Part shown: one piece after another, positions 1-8,778 of the stretch
Position numbering within the stretch: position 1 is the first letter of the stretch
How the letters are laid out: the number at the start of each line of letters is the position of its first letter
Source of the DNA: a virus
Strand: one strand, 5' to 3'
DNA: 64,000 nt
IMG/VR virus record: IMGVR_UViG_3300020180_000015
Location: 19,552 to 83,551 of that record
Made by a program: the position numbers and the translations under genes
Notes under the pieces: model-generated
The model's database searches: none
What the model saw: only the letters and a program-made list of their open reading frames with translations
Told to the model about the DNA's origin: nothing

Positions 1-298
1 CGTTTTTCACCCCATTGCCGTCTTGCCGGATGTCGCGTAGGCTGCGGCGCACCAGTCGGCGAAACTGCCTATCGTCGATGCTGAAGACCTTGCACAGCTT
101 TTCGCGGTTGATCTTTCCCGGCTTCGTCCACCCTTCTTCCCACGCATACACGACGCTGTTACTCGTGCCGATGGCTTTCGCCAGATCGCGCTGGGACCAA
201 CGGCGGCTCTTATGGGCGCGCAGTTCGTAGATCGTATCGCCGTAGGCTTTAGCGATGATTATCACGGGACGCACCATCTTGCGGTCGCTGCGTCTCAT
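1..298 (-). CDS. XRE/Cro-CI family HTH transcriptional regulator (runs off left edge)
   Basis: Not in ORF track; hand translation from ATG at 298 gives ...IYELRAHKSRRWSQRDLAKAIGTSNSVVYAWEEGWTKPGKINREKLCKVF, a typical XRE HTH; start overlaps dUTPase stop. Confidence 0.8.
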   Translation of the reverse strand, partial: MRRSDRKMVRPVIIIAKAYGDTIYELRAHKSRRWSQRDLAKAIGTSNSVVYAWEEGWTKPGKINREKLCKVFSIDDRQFRRLVRRSLRDIRQDGNGVKN

Positions 299-738
299 CG
301 CCCCGTCCTTTCGCCGAAGCCCTTCTCGCCCCTATCGCTCGACTCTAGGTCGGCGGCATCCGGCACGTATACGATCCCCGGAGTAATATTACTCACCAGC
401 AACAGTTGGACGATGCGTTCGCGGGCGCGAAACCGGATCGGCAGCCACGCCGTGTTGTAAAGGACGACCTTCAGTTCTCCGCGATAGGACTCATCGACAA
501 TGCCGCCCAAAACAACGATCCCGCGTTTGGCGGCACTGCTCCGAGCGCCGATAAAACCAACTGTCCCTTTCGGCAGTTGGACATATACTCCTGTTTCGAT
601 CAGTTTGCGGCGCTTCGGCAAGAGCCACACGTCATCCAGCAGGTGGATGTCGTAGCCTGCGTCTCCCGACTTCGGCGGTGTGATATTGTGCTGGTCTGCG
701 CAAACCGACATCGGCTGGTCATCTCGTGAATGTGCCAT
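295..738 (-). CDS. dut: Trimeric dUTPase
   Basis: All five motifs: AGYD, RSS, GIVDESYRGE, RIVQL, RGEKGFG. Confidence 0.92.
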   Translation of the reverse strand: MAHSRDDQPMSVCADQHNITPPKSGDAGYDIHLLDDVWLLPKRRKLIETGVYVQLPKGTVGFIGARSSAAKRGIVVLGGIVDESYRGELKVVLYNTAWLPIRFRARERIVQLLLVSNITPGIVYVPDAADLESSDRGEKGFGERTGR

Positions 739-740
739 TG

Positions 741-1589
741 CTACTCCTGTGCTTGAATAAACTGAAACATCGGCAGATCGGGCAGATCGGAATCCGCCTC
801 AATGGGGTGTGGATCGAACGGCATTCGCAGTCGCCTTTGGGCGATGGCGACGTACTTTGGGTTAAGATCGCAGCCGACGTAGTGCCGTTTATGCCAACGT
901 GCGACGAGTGCTGTCGTTCCGCTACCCATAAACGGATCAAGAACAACATCCCCTTTGAAGCTGTAATAGCGGATGAGTTCGGCGGCGAGTTTGTCAGGGA
1001 AGATGGCGGGATGATCGGCACTGCTGCTCGGCGCAATGTCCCATATATTCGTTCTTTCGTACTCGCCTTCCACAAGTGACCCGGTGATAACTGCGCTGTC
1101 GTGTGAGCGGATATTCATGTCGATTAAGTGCGGACTCTTTTTGCGATAGACCATGAGGTACTCAGTGACAATGTTCGGCTTATACGCCATTGGTCGACGG
1201 TGACGGTTAAACCCTGCCGTCCGGTTAATCGCCGCCGGATCGGGTTTGCGCCAGATAATGTCGTCGATAAACCAGAAGCCCTGCCGCTCGGCGATGCTGT
1301 TGAGGTGAAACGGGATTGCCAAGCGCCGAGATTGATACTGGCGAGATTTACGCGGCACGATGACTGGCGATGTGTTCAATGCAAAGAAACAGCCCGCCTT
1401 GAGGACGCGGTTGATCTCGCCGATGATCTGCCGCATAAAACCGAGATACTCTTTGTACGTCGCCCATGTCGCATACTCAGGACGGGCGTTGAAGTACGGC
1501 GGCGAAGTGATGCAGAGATCAACGCACTCATCCGGTAGGGACCGCAAATAGGCGATGGCGTCGGCGCAGATGATCTGATCAACGTCCAT
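741..1589 (-). CDS. DNA N4-cytosine/N6-adenine methyltransferase (beta class)
   Basis: TSPPY, HPAIFP, DPFMGSGTT; start reassigned to ATG 1589 overlapping upstream stop (TGATG). Confidence 0.9.
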   Translation of the reverse strand: MDVDQIICADAIAYLRSLPDECVDLCITSPPYFNARPEYATWATYKEYLGFMRQIIGEINRVLKAGCFFALNTSPVIVPRKSRQYQSRRLAIPFHLNSIAERQGFWFIDDIIWRKPDPAAINRTAGFNRHRRPMAYKPNIVTEYLMVYRKKSPHLIDMNIRSHDSAVITGSLVEGEYERTNIWDIAPSSSADHPAIFPDKLAAELIRYYSFKGDVVLDPFMGSGTTALVARWHKRHYVGCDLNPKYVAIAQRRLRMPFDPHPIEADSDLPDLPMFQFIQAQE

Positions 1590-2941
1590 CAGGTGGACTC
1601 CTCTTTGTAGGTTAAAATGCGGCGACCTATCCACTCCAGCACAGGTACGGCGCCGCCATTGCCGCACTGTGAATACCGCTGCGCGTCGCTCTGTTCCCTG
1701 CCGTCGCCGCGCCAGCGCGTCCAGTCATCCGGCAACCCCTGCAAACGTTCTGTCTCGACGGGCGTAAAGCGGCGGATACCGAGGGGCAAAATCACACCGG
1801 ATTTATTGAGAGTAGAACGCAGTGACAGTGCTTCGCCGTGCGCGAATTTGGTTGTCGCATCACCGTTGAAAGCGATTACGGGATTCTGGTAGTTCAGACT
1901 CCATCCCCCCGTTTTCTTGCTTTGCAGAGTGCCACTGATCTCGTCATTGGTGACCATGTTGCGGACATCCAGAGTCGCCGCGATCACATCGCGGTACATG
2001 GTCGTCCCGATTAGGGTACGCTTCGGGTCTTTCGCCTCCGATTCACGCAATGTCGCGGCAGAGTCGTCCTCTACATATGTTCCAATGTCAGTGCGGCGGT
2101 ACGTGGTCGTTACTAGGAATTCATTCGCTGTGTCTGAAGAGCCTGTTCGGGAACCGCTCGCCGCCAGTGTCGGCGCGACATCGTAAAATGCCACGGACGC
2201 GGCGGCGTCGGCGTGTACGTCTTGCCCTGAAACTCTGCGACCGCTCGTAGGAGCAGTTCCTCCAGCAGCGGCGGTAGTAACTTTTTTCGCCGTTTTGCGC
2301 GGCGGTAAATGCCAGCTAAGGCTCTCACACTCAAATAGTATTTCTGCAGGACTTCCTCCGGCGGCTGCAAGATGTCCGACAACGAAGATGCGACGGCGTC
2401 GCTGCGGGACTCCGAAGTAACGAGCGTCAAGAGTTCTCCATGCCACATTGTAGAAAAGTCCGTTGGCGATGCCGCTGTTTCGCCAACCGCCGCGAGGAAT
2501 TGTCTGAACGACTCCGGTAAATCCGCTGAGGACAATTGCGAAGTCGATCCCCTTTCGTTTGTTTCCTGTAGCCGTGTCAACGGGACCGCTTGAGAGTACG
2601 CCGGGGACGTTCTCCCAGATAAACCAAGTCGGGCGATGCTCGACAAGAAGGCGGTGATATTCGTACCAGAGTTGGCTCTCGCCCTCCATGCCTTCACGTC
2701 GTCCAGCGACAGAGAAGGATTGGCAGGGGCTTCCACCAACGAGAAGATCGAAAGGGTCATCAATGCTTTCTTTTTTGACATCGTGAATATCCTTAAATTT
2801 AGGTACGTCGGGGAACTGCCGCAGCAGCACGGATTGGCAGTGGGCGTCAATTTCAATCTGGGCGACGGGCGGTTCAAACCCGGCATCCATCAATCCCTTG
2901 TCGAACATGCCGACGCCGGTAAACGCTGATAAAAAGCGCAT
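1589..2941 (-). CDS. DNA cytosine-5 methyltransferase
   Basis: FTGVG motif I, GGSPCQSFS motif IV, ENV, PQRRRR, ERLQGLPD, GNG. Confidence 0.93.
   Translation of the reverse strand: MRFLSAFTGVGMFDKGLMDAGFEPPVAQIEIDAHCQSVLLRQFPDVPKFKDIHDVKKESIDDPFDLLVGGSPCQSFSVAGRREGMEGESQLWYEYHRLLVEHRPTWFIWENVPGVLSSGPVDTATGNKRKGIDFAIVLSGFTGVVQTIPRGGWRNSGIANGLFYNVAWRTLDARYFGVPQRRRRIFVVGHLAAAGGSPAEILFECESLSWHLPPRKTAKKVTTAAAGGTAPTSGRRVSGQDVHADAAASVAFYDVAPTLAASGSRTGSSDTANEFLVTTTYRRTDIGTYVEDDSAATLRESEAKDPKRTLIGTTMYRDVIAATLDVRNMVTNDEISGTLQSKKTGGWSLNYQNPVIAFNGDATTKFAHGEALSLRSTLNKSGVILPLGIRRFTPVETERLQGLPDDWTRWRGDGREQSDAQRYSQCGNGGAVPVLEWIGRRILTYKEEST
2113..2781 (-). CDS. Nested alternative-frame ORF inside the C5 MTase (beta-subunit-like, as in M.EcoHK31I)
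   Basis: Long overlapping ORF; AAGGA RBS 8 nt before ATG 2781; SSLSDIL..KYYLS.RA..GI.RRA.RR.K.LP motif resembles alternative-frame C5-MTase partner polypeptides. Confidence 0.65.
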   Translation of the reverse strand: MSKKKALMTLSIFSLVEAPANPSLSLDDVKAWRARANSGTNITAFLSSIARLGLSGRTSPAYSQAVPLTRLQETNERGSTSQLSSADLPESFRQFLAAVGETAASPTDFSTMWHGELLTLVTSESRSDAVASSLSDILQPPEEVLQKYYLSVRALAGIYRRAKRRKKLLPPLLEELLLRAVAEFQGKTYTPTPPRPWHFTMSRRHWRRAVPEQALQTQRMNS

Positions 2942-3726
2942 CAAGTGGACTCCTCTACTGCGCGAAACATCGGCAGATCGCCTACGTAGTCCGACATAAA
3001 CATTGACCGTGTGTCAAACGGCATCCGCAGTCGGTCCCGTGCGATGAGGACGTTTTTCTCCAGCATGTCGCAGCCGACAAAGTTCCGTTTCCAGTTCCGA
3101 GCCGCGATCAGTGTTGTGCCGCTGCCCGCAAACAAGTCGACAACGAGATCGCCTTCGTTGGTGATCAGACGGATGATCCTCTCCATGAGTCCGAGTGGTT
3201 TTTGGGTAGGATGAAAACGCTGCTCCCGCGTTTGACCGATGTTCCAGACATCGTGCAGGTTCGATCCGCCGTTCATGCGCTTTGCATCGTCGGTGTTGTA
3301 TGTCCACCCCGTACCGTCCGGGCAGTACCAGAAGAACTCCTCGGTGGAGAAGGTCATCATGCGTCCGCTGAAATTGGGCGCTGGATCGGTCTTATGCCAC
3401 ACGATCCGGTTTAACGCCCTCCACCCCATCCGCCGCGCTTCGGCGTGGATAATGCCCATCGAGTCCCACGACCCGAAGGCGACGACGCTGCCGCCCGGCT
3501 TCAGCTTAGGTCGGCACAACTCCATCCACTCAATCGGCACGAACCGATCCCACTCCTCGTTGACACGGTTGTAGCGCCCGCCGGAGTCGGGATCGATGAT
3601 AACTGGCACGTTGTTCGATATGCCGTAGGGAGGATCAACGACAAAGGCATCCACACTGCTGTCGTCGAGCGCCGCGATCAGTTCCAGATCGAGGCAATGA
3701 TGTACGGTGTTCAATTCAAGCATCAC
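2941..3726 (-). CDS. DNA N6-adenine methyltransferase (beta class)
   Basis: DPPY, HPTQKP, DLFAGSGTT. Confidence 0.92.
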   Translation of the reverse strand: MMLELNTVHHCLDLELIAALDDSSVDAFVVDPPYGISNNVPVIIDPDSGGRYNRVNEEWDRFVPIEWMELCRPKLKPGGSVVAFGSWDSMGIIHAEARRMGWRALNRIVWHKTDPAPNFSGRMMTFSTEEFFWYCPDGTGWTYNTDDAKRMNGGSNLHDVWNIGQTREQRFHPTQKPLGLMERIIRLITNEGDLVVDLFAGSGTTLIAARNWKRNFVGCDMLEKNVLIARDRLRMPFDTRSMFMSDYVGDLPMFRAVEEST

Positions 3727-4559
3727 CGTGCCTCCATGCTGAATAGTGGCAAATCGGATACATCGTCGTCTCCCGCCACGATGTGCGGATCGAACGGCAG
3801 CCGAAGGCGCTCCTGCCCGATCAACACATATGGCAGCGACGTATCCCCGCAGATGAACTCGCGTTTGGCGCTACGTGCTGCAACTGCTGTTGTGCCGCTG
3901 CCGCAGCACGGATCGAACACAAGATCACCCTCGCTCGTGTACGTGCGGATTAGATACTCGAATAGCGCGACGGGCTTCTGCGTCGGATGTAATCCGCGTT
4001 CGCACGCAAACTCTACGACGCTGCTCGGCACACGGTTATCTGGATCACCGTGCCTCATATGGGTTTCGGCAGCACCGCCGTAGACCTCGCGCTTTTTAGC
4101 GTAGGGATTAACGGCGTATCGACTCCGCGATGCTCCCGACTCGGTTCGCTTCTTGGGCTGCGGGAAATAGTGCAATGTCCCCTTTCCAAACACGCAAACA
4201 TCCTCATGCTCTTTCATCGGGACATAATCGGTGTTCAGGAAATTCGATCCCATGTTTTTCACCCAGACCCACGAATAACGAAACCAGTCCAAGTTGCTCA
4301 TGACAAGTGCCGCTGTGAAGGGCTGACTCGCCGTCAATACAATCGCGCAATTCGGTTTAATCACCCGCGAAAATGCCGACCACATCAGGTCAAATGGGAT
4401 CACCGTGTCCCACGAACACGCTGTTGTACCGTAGGGCAAATCGCAGAGGATCATGTCCACGGACTCCGGCGGCAGACTGTTGGCAAGTTCGAGTGCGTCG
4501 GCGCACACGATCTGGTTGAGAGGCATATTCGACAAATTGTCGATTTTGGCATCCATCAC
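3723..4559 (-). CDS. DNA N6/N4 methyltransferase (beta class)
   Basis: DLPYGTT, HPTQKPV, DPCCGSGTT. Confidence 0.9.
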   Translation of the reverse strand: MMDAKIDNLSNMPLNQIVCADALELANSLPPESVDMILCDLPYGTTACSWDTVIPFDLMWSAFSRVIKPNCAIVLTASQPFTAALVMSNLDWFRYSWVWVKNMGSNFLNTDYVPMKEHEDVCVFGKGTLHYFPQPKKRTESGASRSRYAVNPYAKKREVYGGAAETHMRHGDPDNRVPSSVVEFACERGLHPTQKPVALFEYLIRTYTSEGDLVFDPCCGSGTTAVAARSAKREFICGDTSLPYVLIGQERLRLPFDPHIVAGDDDVSDLPLFSMEAR

Positions 4560-5356
4560 TTCACCCCCGCGAACATCGAGATCGTGGAGTCGGTTCGCGC
4601 TTTGTGCAGTGAGACCCCGGTTAATCGCTGGTTTGTCTGCGCGACGGCATCGGCATCCACGTCCCCGCCGATGTATCTACGTCCTAGTTCTTTCGCTGCA
4701 TACAGTGTTGTGCCGCTACCCGCAAATGGATCGCACACAAACCCGCCATCGTCGCTGCTGGCTTTGATCAGCATCTGCAGTAGTCGGATCGGCTTCTCAT
4801 ACGGATGTACGAGTTGAGTCGGATGCACCTTCTGCAGACGAACAATGTCCGGCAGGCGATTCCCGCGCAGCAAATGTCGCCCCTTGGATGAAAACACGAT
4901 CATCTCGTGCTGCGGAGCGTAGCTGCCCTGTAAATCACCACTGCCGTGCTGTCCTTTGTCCCAAACCAACCAATTTTTCACGTCAAAACCAGCGGCGCGA
5001 ATATGCCGCGTCCAGATGTCGATATTGACCCACTTGCAGAATACGTACAGCGCCCCACCCTCTTTGAGTGCGGCATACGCCGGGCGTATCCATGTCGCAT
5101 CGATCTGACTTGCGCCGACGATCTCGCGGAATTTCTCCTCGCGGTCGTTATGCTGGCTCACCTGAGTACCGACTCCATACGGGGGATCAGTGACAATCAG
5201 GTCGAGCGTGGCGGTACCGATCAGTTCAATCAGGCTCGTCGCGTCGTTGTGATGCACCGTATCATGCAGCGCGGACAGCGGCGGCGAGGCGCACCAGTCT
5301 GTATCCGAAGGAATGCCGAGTGAAGTGATCGGCAAACTGCCGCCCCAATCAGACAT
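4556..5356 (-). CDS. DNA N6-adenine methyltransferase (beta class)
   Basis: TDPPY, HPYEKP, DPFAGSGTT. Confidence 0.9.
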   Translation of the reverse strand: MSDWGGSLPITSLGIPSDTDWCASPPLSALHDTVHHNDATSLIELIGTATLDLIVTDPPYGVGTQVSQHNDREEKFREIVGASQIDATWIRPAYAALKEGGALYVFCKWVNIDIWTRHIRAAGFDVKNWLVWDKGQHGSGDLQGSYAPQHEMIVFSSKGRHLLRGNRLPDIVRLQKVHPTQLVHPYEKPIRLLQMLIKASSDDGGFVCDPFAGSGTTLYAAKELGRRYIGGDVDADAVAQTNQRLTGVSLHKARTDSTISMFAGVK

Positions 5357-5600
5357 GATTTCCGCCGATCAGTGCGCCGAAGGCGACTACGGCATCTTGA
5401 AAGCCGTAGACACGCTTCGGTTGACAGTTGACCGCGCCGAAAGTGAACATGTCGAGCGCATCGTTCACGCTGAAATTGAATTCGCGGTCGTCACAGGTTA
5501 GGGAGTCGAAGGCAATCGAGCATCCCTGTGCGCTGATAGTTTGACTTCTTAGCAGCGCGTTGAAAGCGATCATTTCAGGACTGCTCATGCCCACCCCCAA
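5349..5600 (-). CDS. Hypothetical protein
   Basis: Fills operon gap, overlapping neighbours. Confidence 0.5.
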   Translation of the reverse strand: MGVGMSSPEMIAFNALLRSQTISAQGCSIAFDSLTCDDREFNFSVNDALDMFTFGAVNCQPKRVYGFQDAVVAFGALIGGNHV

Positions 5601-6070
5601 CGCTTATTGAATTCCATCTCATCTTGGAGATAGGCGTTCTCGGCGGAAATCTTGCGGTCGCGCCGCGCCGCCATGCGGATCATGCCGTTCAAATTGGAGT
5701 CGAGTCTGTAGTCGGGGATGCTGCCGAGTCGATAAACCGTGTTGTGCCAGTACCCGTCCGCGCCGGGTTGTTCCTGACTAAAGTACGGCTTCTGTCGCCA
5801 GTAGCAGATTTCCGATGCCAGCGTCGGTAAATGCGCCGTTGAGTTGCGCCGGAGTTGCTCGACGCTGATGCGCCAAAACATGCGGAATGTATGCTTGATA
5901 TAGCTCGGTGCGTGGATGCTGCCGGGTGCAGCGAGGATGATCCGTGCGGTTTCGGGTGTGCCGATCACGTCGCCGGGACGTAGGTCGATAACCCGCACGG
6001 TTTGAATCTTGTTAGCTTCGATCACTTGCAGTAATGTGTTTGGAAATGTACAATTATTCATTGGATGCAC
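5585..6070 (-). CDS. Hypothetical protein, ASCH-like N-terminus
   Basis: F....QVIEANKIQTVR....RPGD resembles the ASCH GxKxxTxR motif. Confidence 0.45.
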   Translation of the reverse strand: MHPMNNCTFPNTLLQVIEANKIQTVRVIDLRPGDVIGTPETARIILAAPGSIHAPSYIKHTFRMFWRISVEQLRRNSTAHLPTLASEICYWRQKPYFSQEQPGADGYWHNTVYRLGSIPDYRLDSNLNGMIRMAARRDRKISAENAYLQDEMEFNKRWGWA

Positions 6071-6333
6071 TCGCCTGCCAGCTACTGCATTCTACAGGAA
6101 ACGTATCGTCGTTTTCTCCACCGTGCGAAGGACTGTCGGGTCTTAGCACATGCGGGTAACCGCACAGAGGGGAGCGGTTAAACCCGCTCTCTCTCTTTTT
6201 GTACACCCCACTGTAGAACAAGTTTGCGATAAACACAACTCCACTACGCTATTTTTGGACATATGGACAAATCTGCGCGGGCTGCCGGGAGTTGTTCGTT
6301 TGCCGCCGCGTCGATTTGTCCTCGATTGCTTCC

Positions 6334-6363
6334 ATCTTACCACGATAGATTATAAACTGTCAA
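6334..6363 (-). promoter_or_regulatory. Sigma70-type promoter for the MTase operon with overlapping operator
   Basis: TTGACA-N18-TAAGAT on minus strand; ATCTT-N7-TAGAT overlaps -10. Confidence 0.65.
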
Positions 6364-6470
6364 GCATCGTTCTCGCTCAATCTACGCCGATTCCAGCGTC
6401 ATCGTGCCTTGCGCCAAATACCAGACCGTATATGCTGTAAACACGGTAATTACGGTGATGGAGAGAAAGT

Positions 6471-6701
6471 ATGGATGAGCAGCAGAGTTTATTCGGTTTT
6501 ATTTTGGGAATTGTCGCTGCCGCCAACGGCGAGTGGATGACGAGGCAGCAGATCGGCGAGAAGATCGGGCGACCGAAGAATCAGCTTGTGCCGCACGACG
6601 TGAAGGTGCTAGAGGAACTTATCGCCTCTGGTTTGATCATTGGCGACCGCCGCAAAGTGGGAGCCGTCCGCACTGAATATGTTTACCGGGTGGAGGTGTA
6701 G
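6471..6701 (+). CDS. Small winged-helix DNA-binding protein
   Basis: MTRQQIGEKIG...LEELIASGLI...YVYRV pattern; GGAG RBS. Confidence 0.6.
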   Translation: MDEQQSLFGFILGIVAAANGEWMTRQQIGEKIGRPKNQLVPHDVKVLEELIASGLIIGDRRKVGAVRTEYVYRVEV

Positions 6702-6703
6702 CG

Positions 6704-7777
6704 ATGACTATTTCCAAACGTAAATCCGTAGTCGACGAACGCGAAACGGAGCCTGCGGCGTTCGTGTTAGGTTTGGATATTGGTTTCGGCGTCACCAAGG
6801 TTTATGACGGACGGAGTTCGATCATGTTCCCGTCAGTTTGGGGACCGCGCCGAGTGCTAAAGTTTCAGGAGTCCGAAATCAAAGGTCGCTATCCCGGCGA
6901 CTGGATTGTCGATGACGACGGCGAATGGTTTGTTGGTGATCTTGCGGCGAGTCAGTTGCCCACCGGGGCGCAGCGTCGCTTACGTGGACGTACTGCGGAC
7001 GATGCGGCTCTGAGTAACGCCGCACGGGTGCGATTGGCGAAAGTTGCGCTCGGCAAGTTATTCCCCAACATCCAGAACGGCGACGTTGTTCAAGTCCGAA
7101 TTGCAACGGGGCTTCCAGTCGATCACATGCGCGGGACGGGGGACTTAAAAGCAGCACTTTTGGGGCAGCACCGCATTAGTACAGATCGCGCCGATTTTGT
7201 TGCCAATGTGACCGATGTTATGGTCATGCCGCAGCCTTACGGCACGATCTACGCAAACACTCTGTTGCCGACCGGTCGATTGAATCCGCATCACGTCGCA
7301 AAGCGCACAGGCGTTTGCGACATCGGGACGTATACGATTGATGTGGCTCTCGATGATGATGGCGAATTTATCGATGCAGCCAGCGGCAGCACCGAAGCGG
7401 GCATGTATATGGCGCAGGATATGATCGCTACCCTGTACGAGCAGGAATACCGCGAGAAGCCATCGTACAAGATCATCAGCGAAGCAATGACGAAGGGTTA
7501 TCTCCGCATCAGAGGCGAAAACGAGAATATCGAGGATGACCTAGAGAGCGCGTTGGACCCGGTTCGCCAAGCCGCGATTGAATTGATGACTGATAAGTGG
7601 GGGTCGGGCGTCAGTGTGGATACCATTTACTGCAGCGGCGGCGGCGCTTCTCGTGCATTTAGAGCCATTGGCGCGGCTTTTAAACACGCCATCCTCATGG
7701 ACAACGCGCAGATGGCGAACGCGATAGGGTATCGTAATTACGCTATGAAACGCGAACTGGATCGCAACCCGCGCTAA
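6704..7777 (+). CDS. parM: ParM/StbA-family actin-like ATPase
   Basis: GLDIGFGVTK, TGLP, PQPYG, DIGTYTID, SGGGA, ANAIGY. Confidence 0.9.
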   Translation: MTISKRKSVVDERETEPAAFVLGLDIGFGVTKVYDGRSSIMFPSVWGPRRVLKFQESEIKGRYPGDWIVDDDGEWFVGDLAASQLPTGAQRRLRGRTADDAALSNAARVRLAKVALGKLFPNIQNGDVVQVRIATGLPVDHMRGTGDLKAALLGQHRISTDRADFVANVTDVMVMPQPYGTIYANTLLPTGRLNPHHVAKRTGVCDIGTYTIDVALDDDGEFIDAASGSTEAGMYMAQDMIATLYEQEYREKPSYKIISEAMTKGYLRIRGENENIEDDLESALDPVRQAAIELMTDKWGSGVSVDTIYCSGGGASRAFRAIGAAFKHAILMDNAQMANAIGYRNYAMKRELDRNPR

Positions 7778-7788
7778 TCGTGGTAGAA

Positions 7789-7819
7789 TGTCTTACAGCT
7801 GTAAGACACCTGTAAGACA
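7789..7819. repeat. Perfect 20-bp palindrome TGTCTTACAGCTGTAAGACA plus third CTGTAAGACA copy (candidate parC/operator)
   Basis: Directly visible between parM and the adaptor gene. Confidence 0.6.
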
Positions 7820-7835
7820 TATATGCGGGGCAGAT

Positions 7836-8393
7836 ATGGCAAAGGATAAGCGAGTCACTCTAACGATCAAACTACTGCCAGACGCAGACTCGGACATCAT
7901 TAAATGGTGGTCGAGTCTGCCGCTTGGCAGTAACAAAAACACCACTGGTAGTCGCAATACCTATGCCAAGACCGTGCTGCGGTATGCGATCAAAGAAGAG
8001 GATCATATCCGTGAATTAGAGGCTGAAAAGGTGGAGCTTGCGTCTCAACTCCAGCTTGAGCAGACACGGGTACACGATCTGCAAGGCGACATTGATCTGC
8101 TGCGTCGGCAGGCGACTAAGGCTTATGATCAACAGGATCGTGACATTAATGAGTTAAGAACGATATTGTCCCGACTCCCTATTATTGCCGAGAAAGCCGT
8201 GCAGCAATTTGTGCCAACGCAGTCCGACGCCGGGCGTTTAGACGATATTCAGCAGCAGCTAAATGAACTTATGGAACGTATCGAGGAAGTAGCAAAGACG
8301 CGCGGGACGGCTGAAAAGCCCACAAAAAAGCGGACACTTTCAGAGGAGGAACTTGCTGATCGTGATCGCCGGATGCAAAGAACGAACTGGTGA
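7836..8393 (+). CDS. ParR-like adaptor (RHH-like N-terminus plus coiled coil)
   Basis: Downstream of parM; RVTLTIKL beta strand then helices; long heptad region. Confidence 0.55.
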   Translation: MAKDKRVTLTIKLLPDADSDIIKWWSSLPLGSNKNTTGSRNTYAKTVLRYAIKEEDHIRELEAEKVELASQLQLEQTRVHDLQGDIDLLRRQATKAYDQQDRDINELRTILSRLPIIAEKAVQQFVPTQSDAGRLDDIQQQLNELMERIEEVAKTRGTAEKPTKKRTLSEEELADRDRRMQRTNW

Positions 8394-8409
8394 CGCCGGA
8401 ATGCTATAA

Positions 8410-8447
8410 AAAACGCGCCGCCCGGCATACACCGGGCGGCGCGTTTT
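8410..8447. terminator. Bidirectional intrinsic terminator
   Basis: AAAACGCGCCGCCCGG-cataca-CCGGGCGGCGCGTTTT between convergent genes. Confidence 0.85.
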
Positions 8448-8462
8448 CGTTTCGGTCGGCAG

Positions 8463-8771
8463 TTATTTCCTGCCGAGCAGCCGTTTCATCGCCAATCCCT
8501 CCGGCGTAATCTGGTAGGCGGCGTCGCTCCGTTCGCCTCGCTTCTCCAGCGCACCAGACATATGAAGCGCTTGGAATTGTTCGCTCAACGCACGGCTGCC
8601 GAACTCGGCAAAGCGCGGATCGCGGCTCATGTTCATAGACGGCTTGAAATCGTCCTTATTTAGATACTCAAAGATGGCACGGCGCAGCTTCCGCCGGGCA
8701 TCCTCTGGCAAGTCGATCAGCGTCGGCTTGAACTGTCCCTGTTTTTGCTCGGTTATCACCATTTTACCCAT
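8463..8771 (-). CDS. Hypothetical protein, winged-helix-like
   Basis: C-terminal YQITPEG wHTH wing. Confidence 0.55.
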   Translation of the reverse strand: MGKMVITEQKQGQFKPTLIDLPEDARRKLRRAIFEYLNKDDFKPSMNMSRDPRFAEFGSRALSEQFQALHMSGALEKRGERSDAAYQITPEGLAMKRLLGRK

Positions 8772-8778
8772 CCCTTTG

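Noticed and set aside
6110-6200. Possible tRNA in the hairpin-rich leader of the MTase operon
   Set aside because: No cloverleaf, T-loop GTTC or CCA end; may be a structured leader but unsupported
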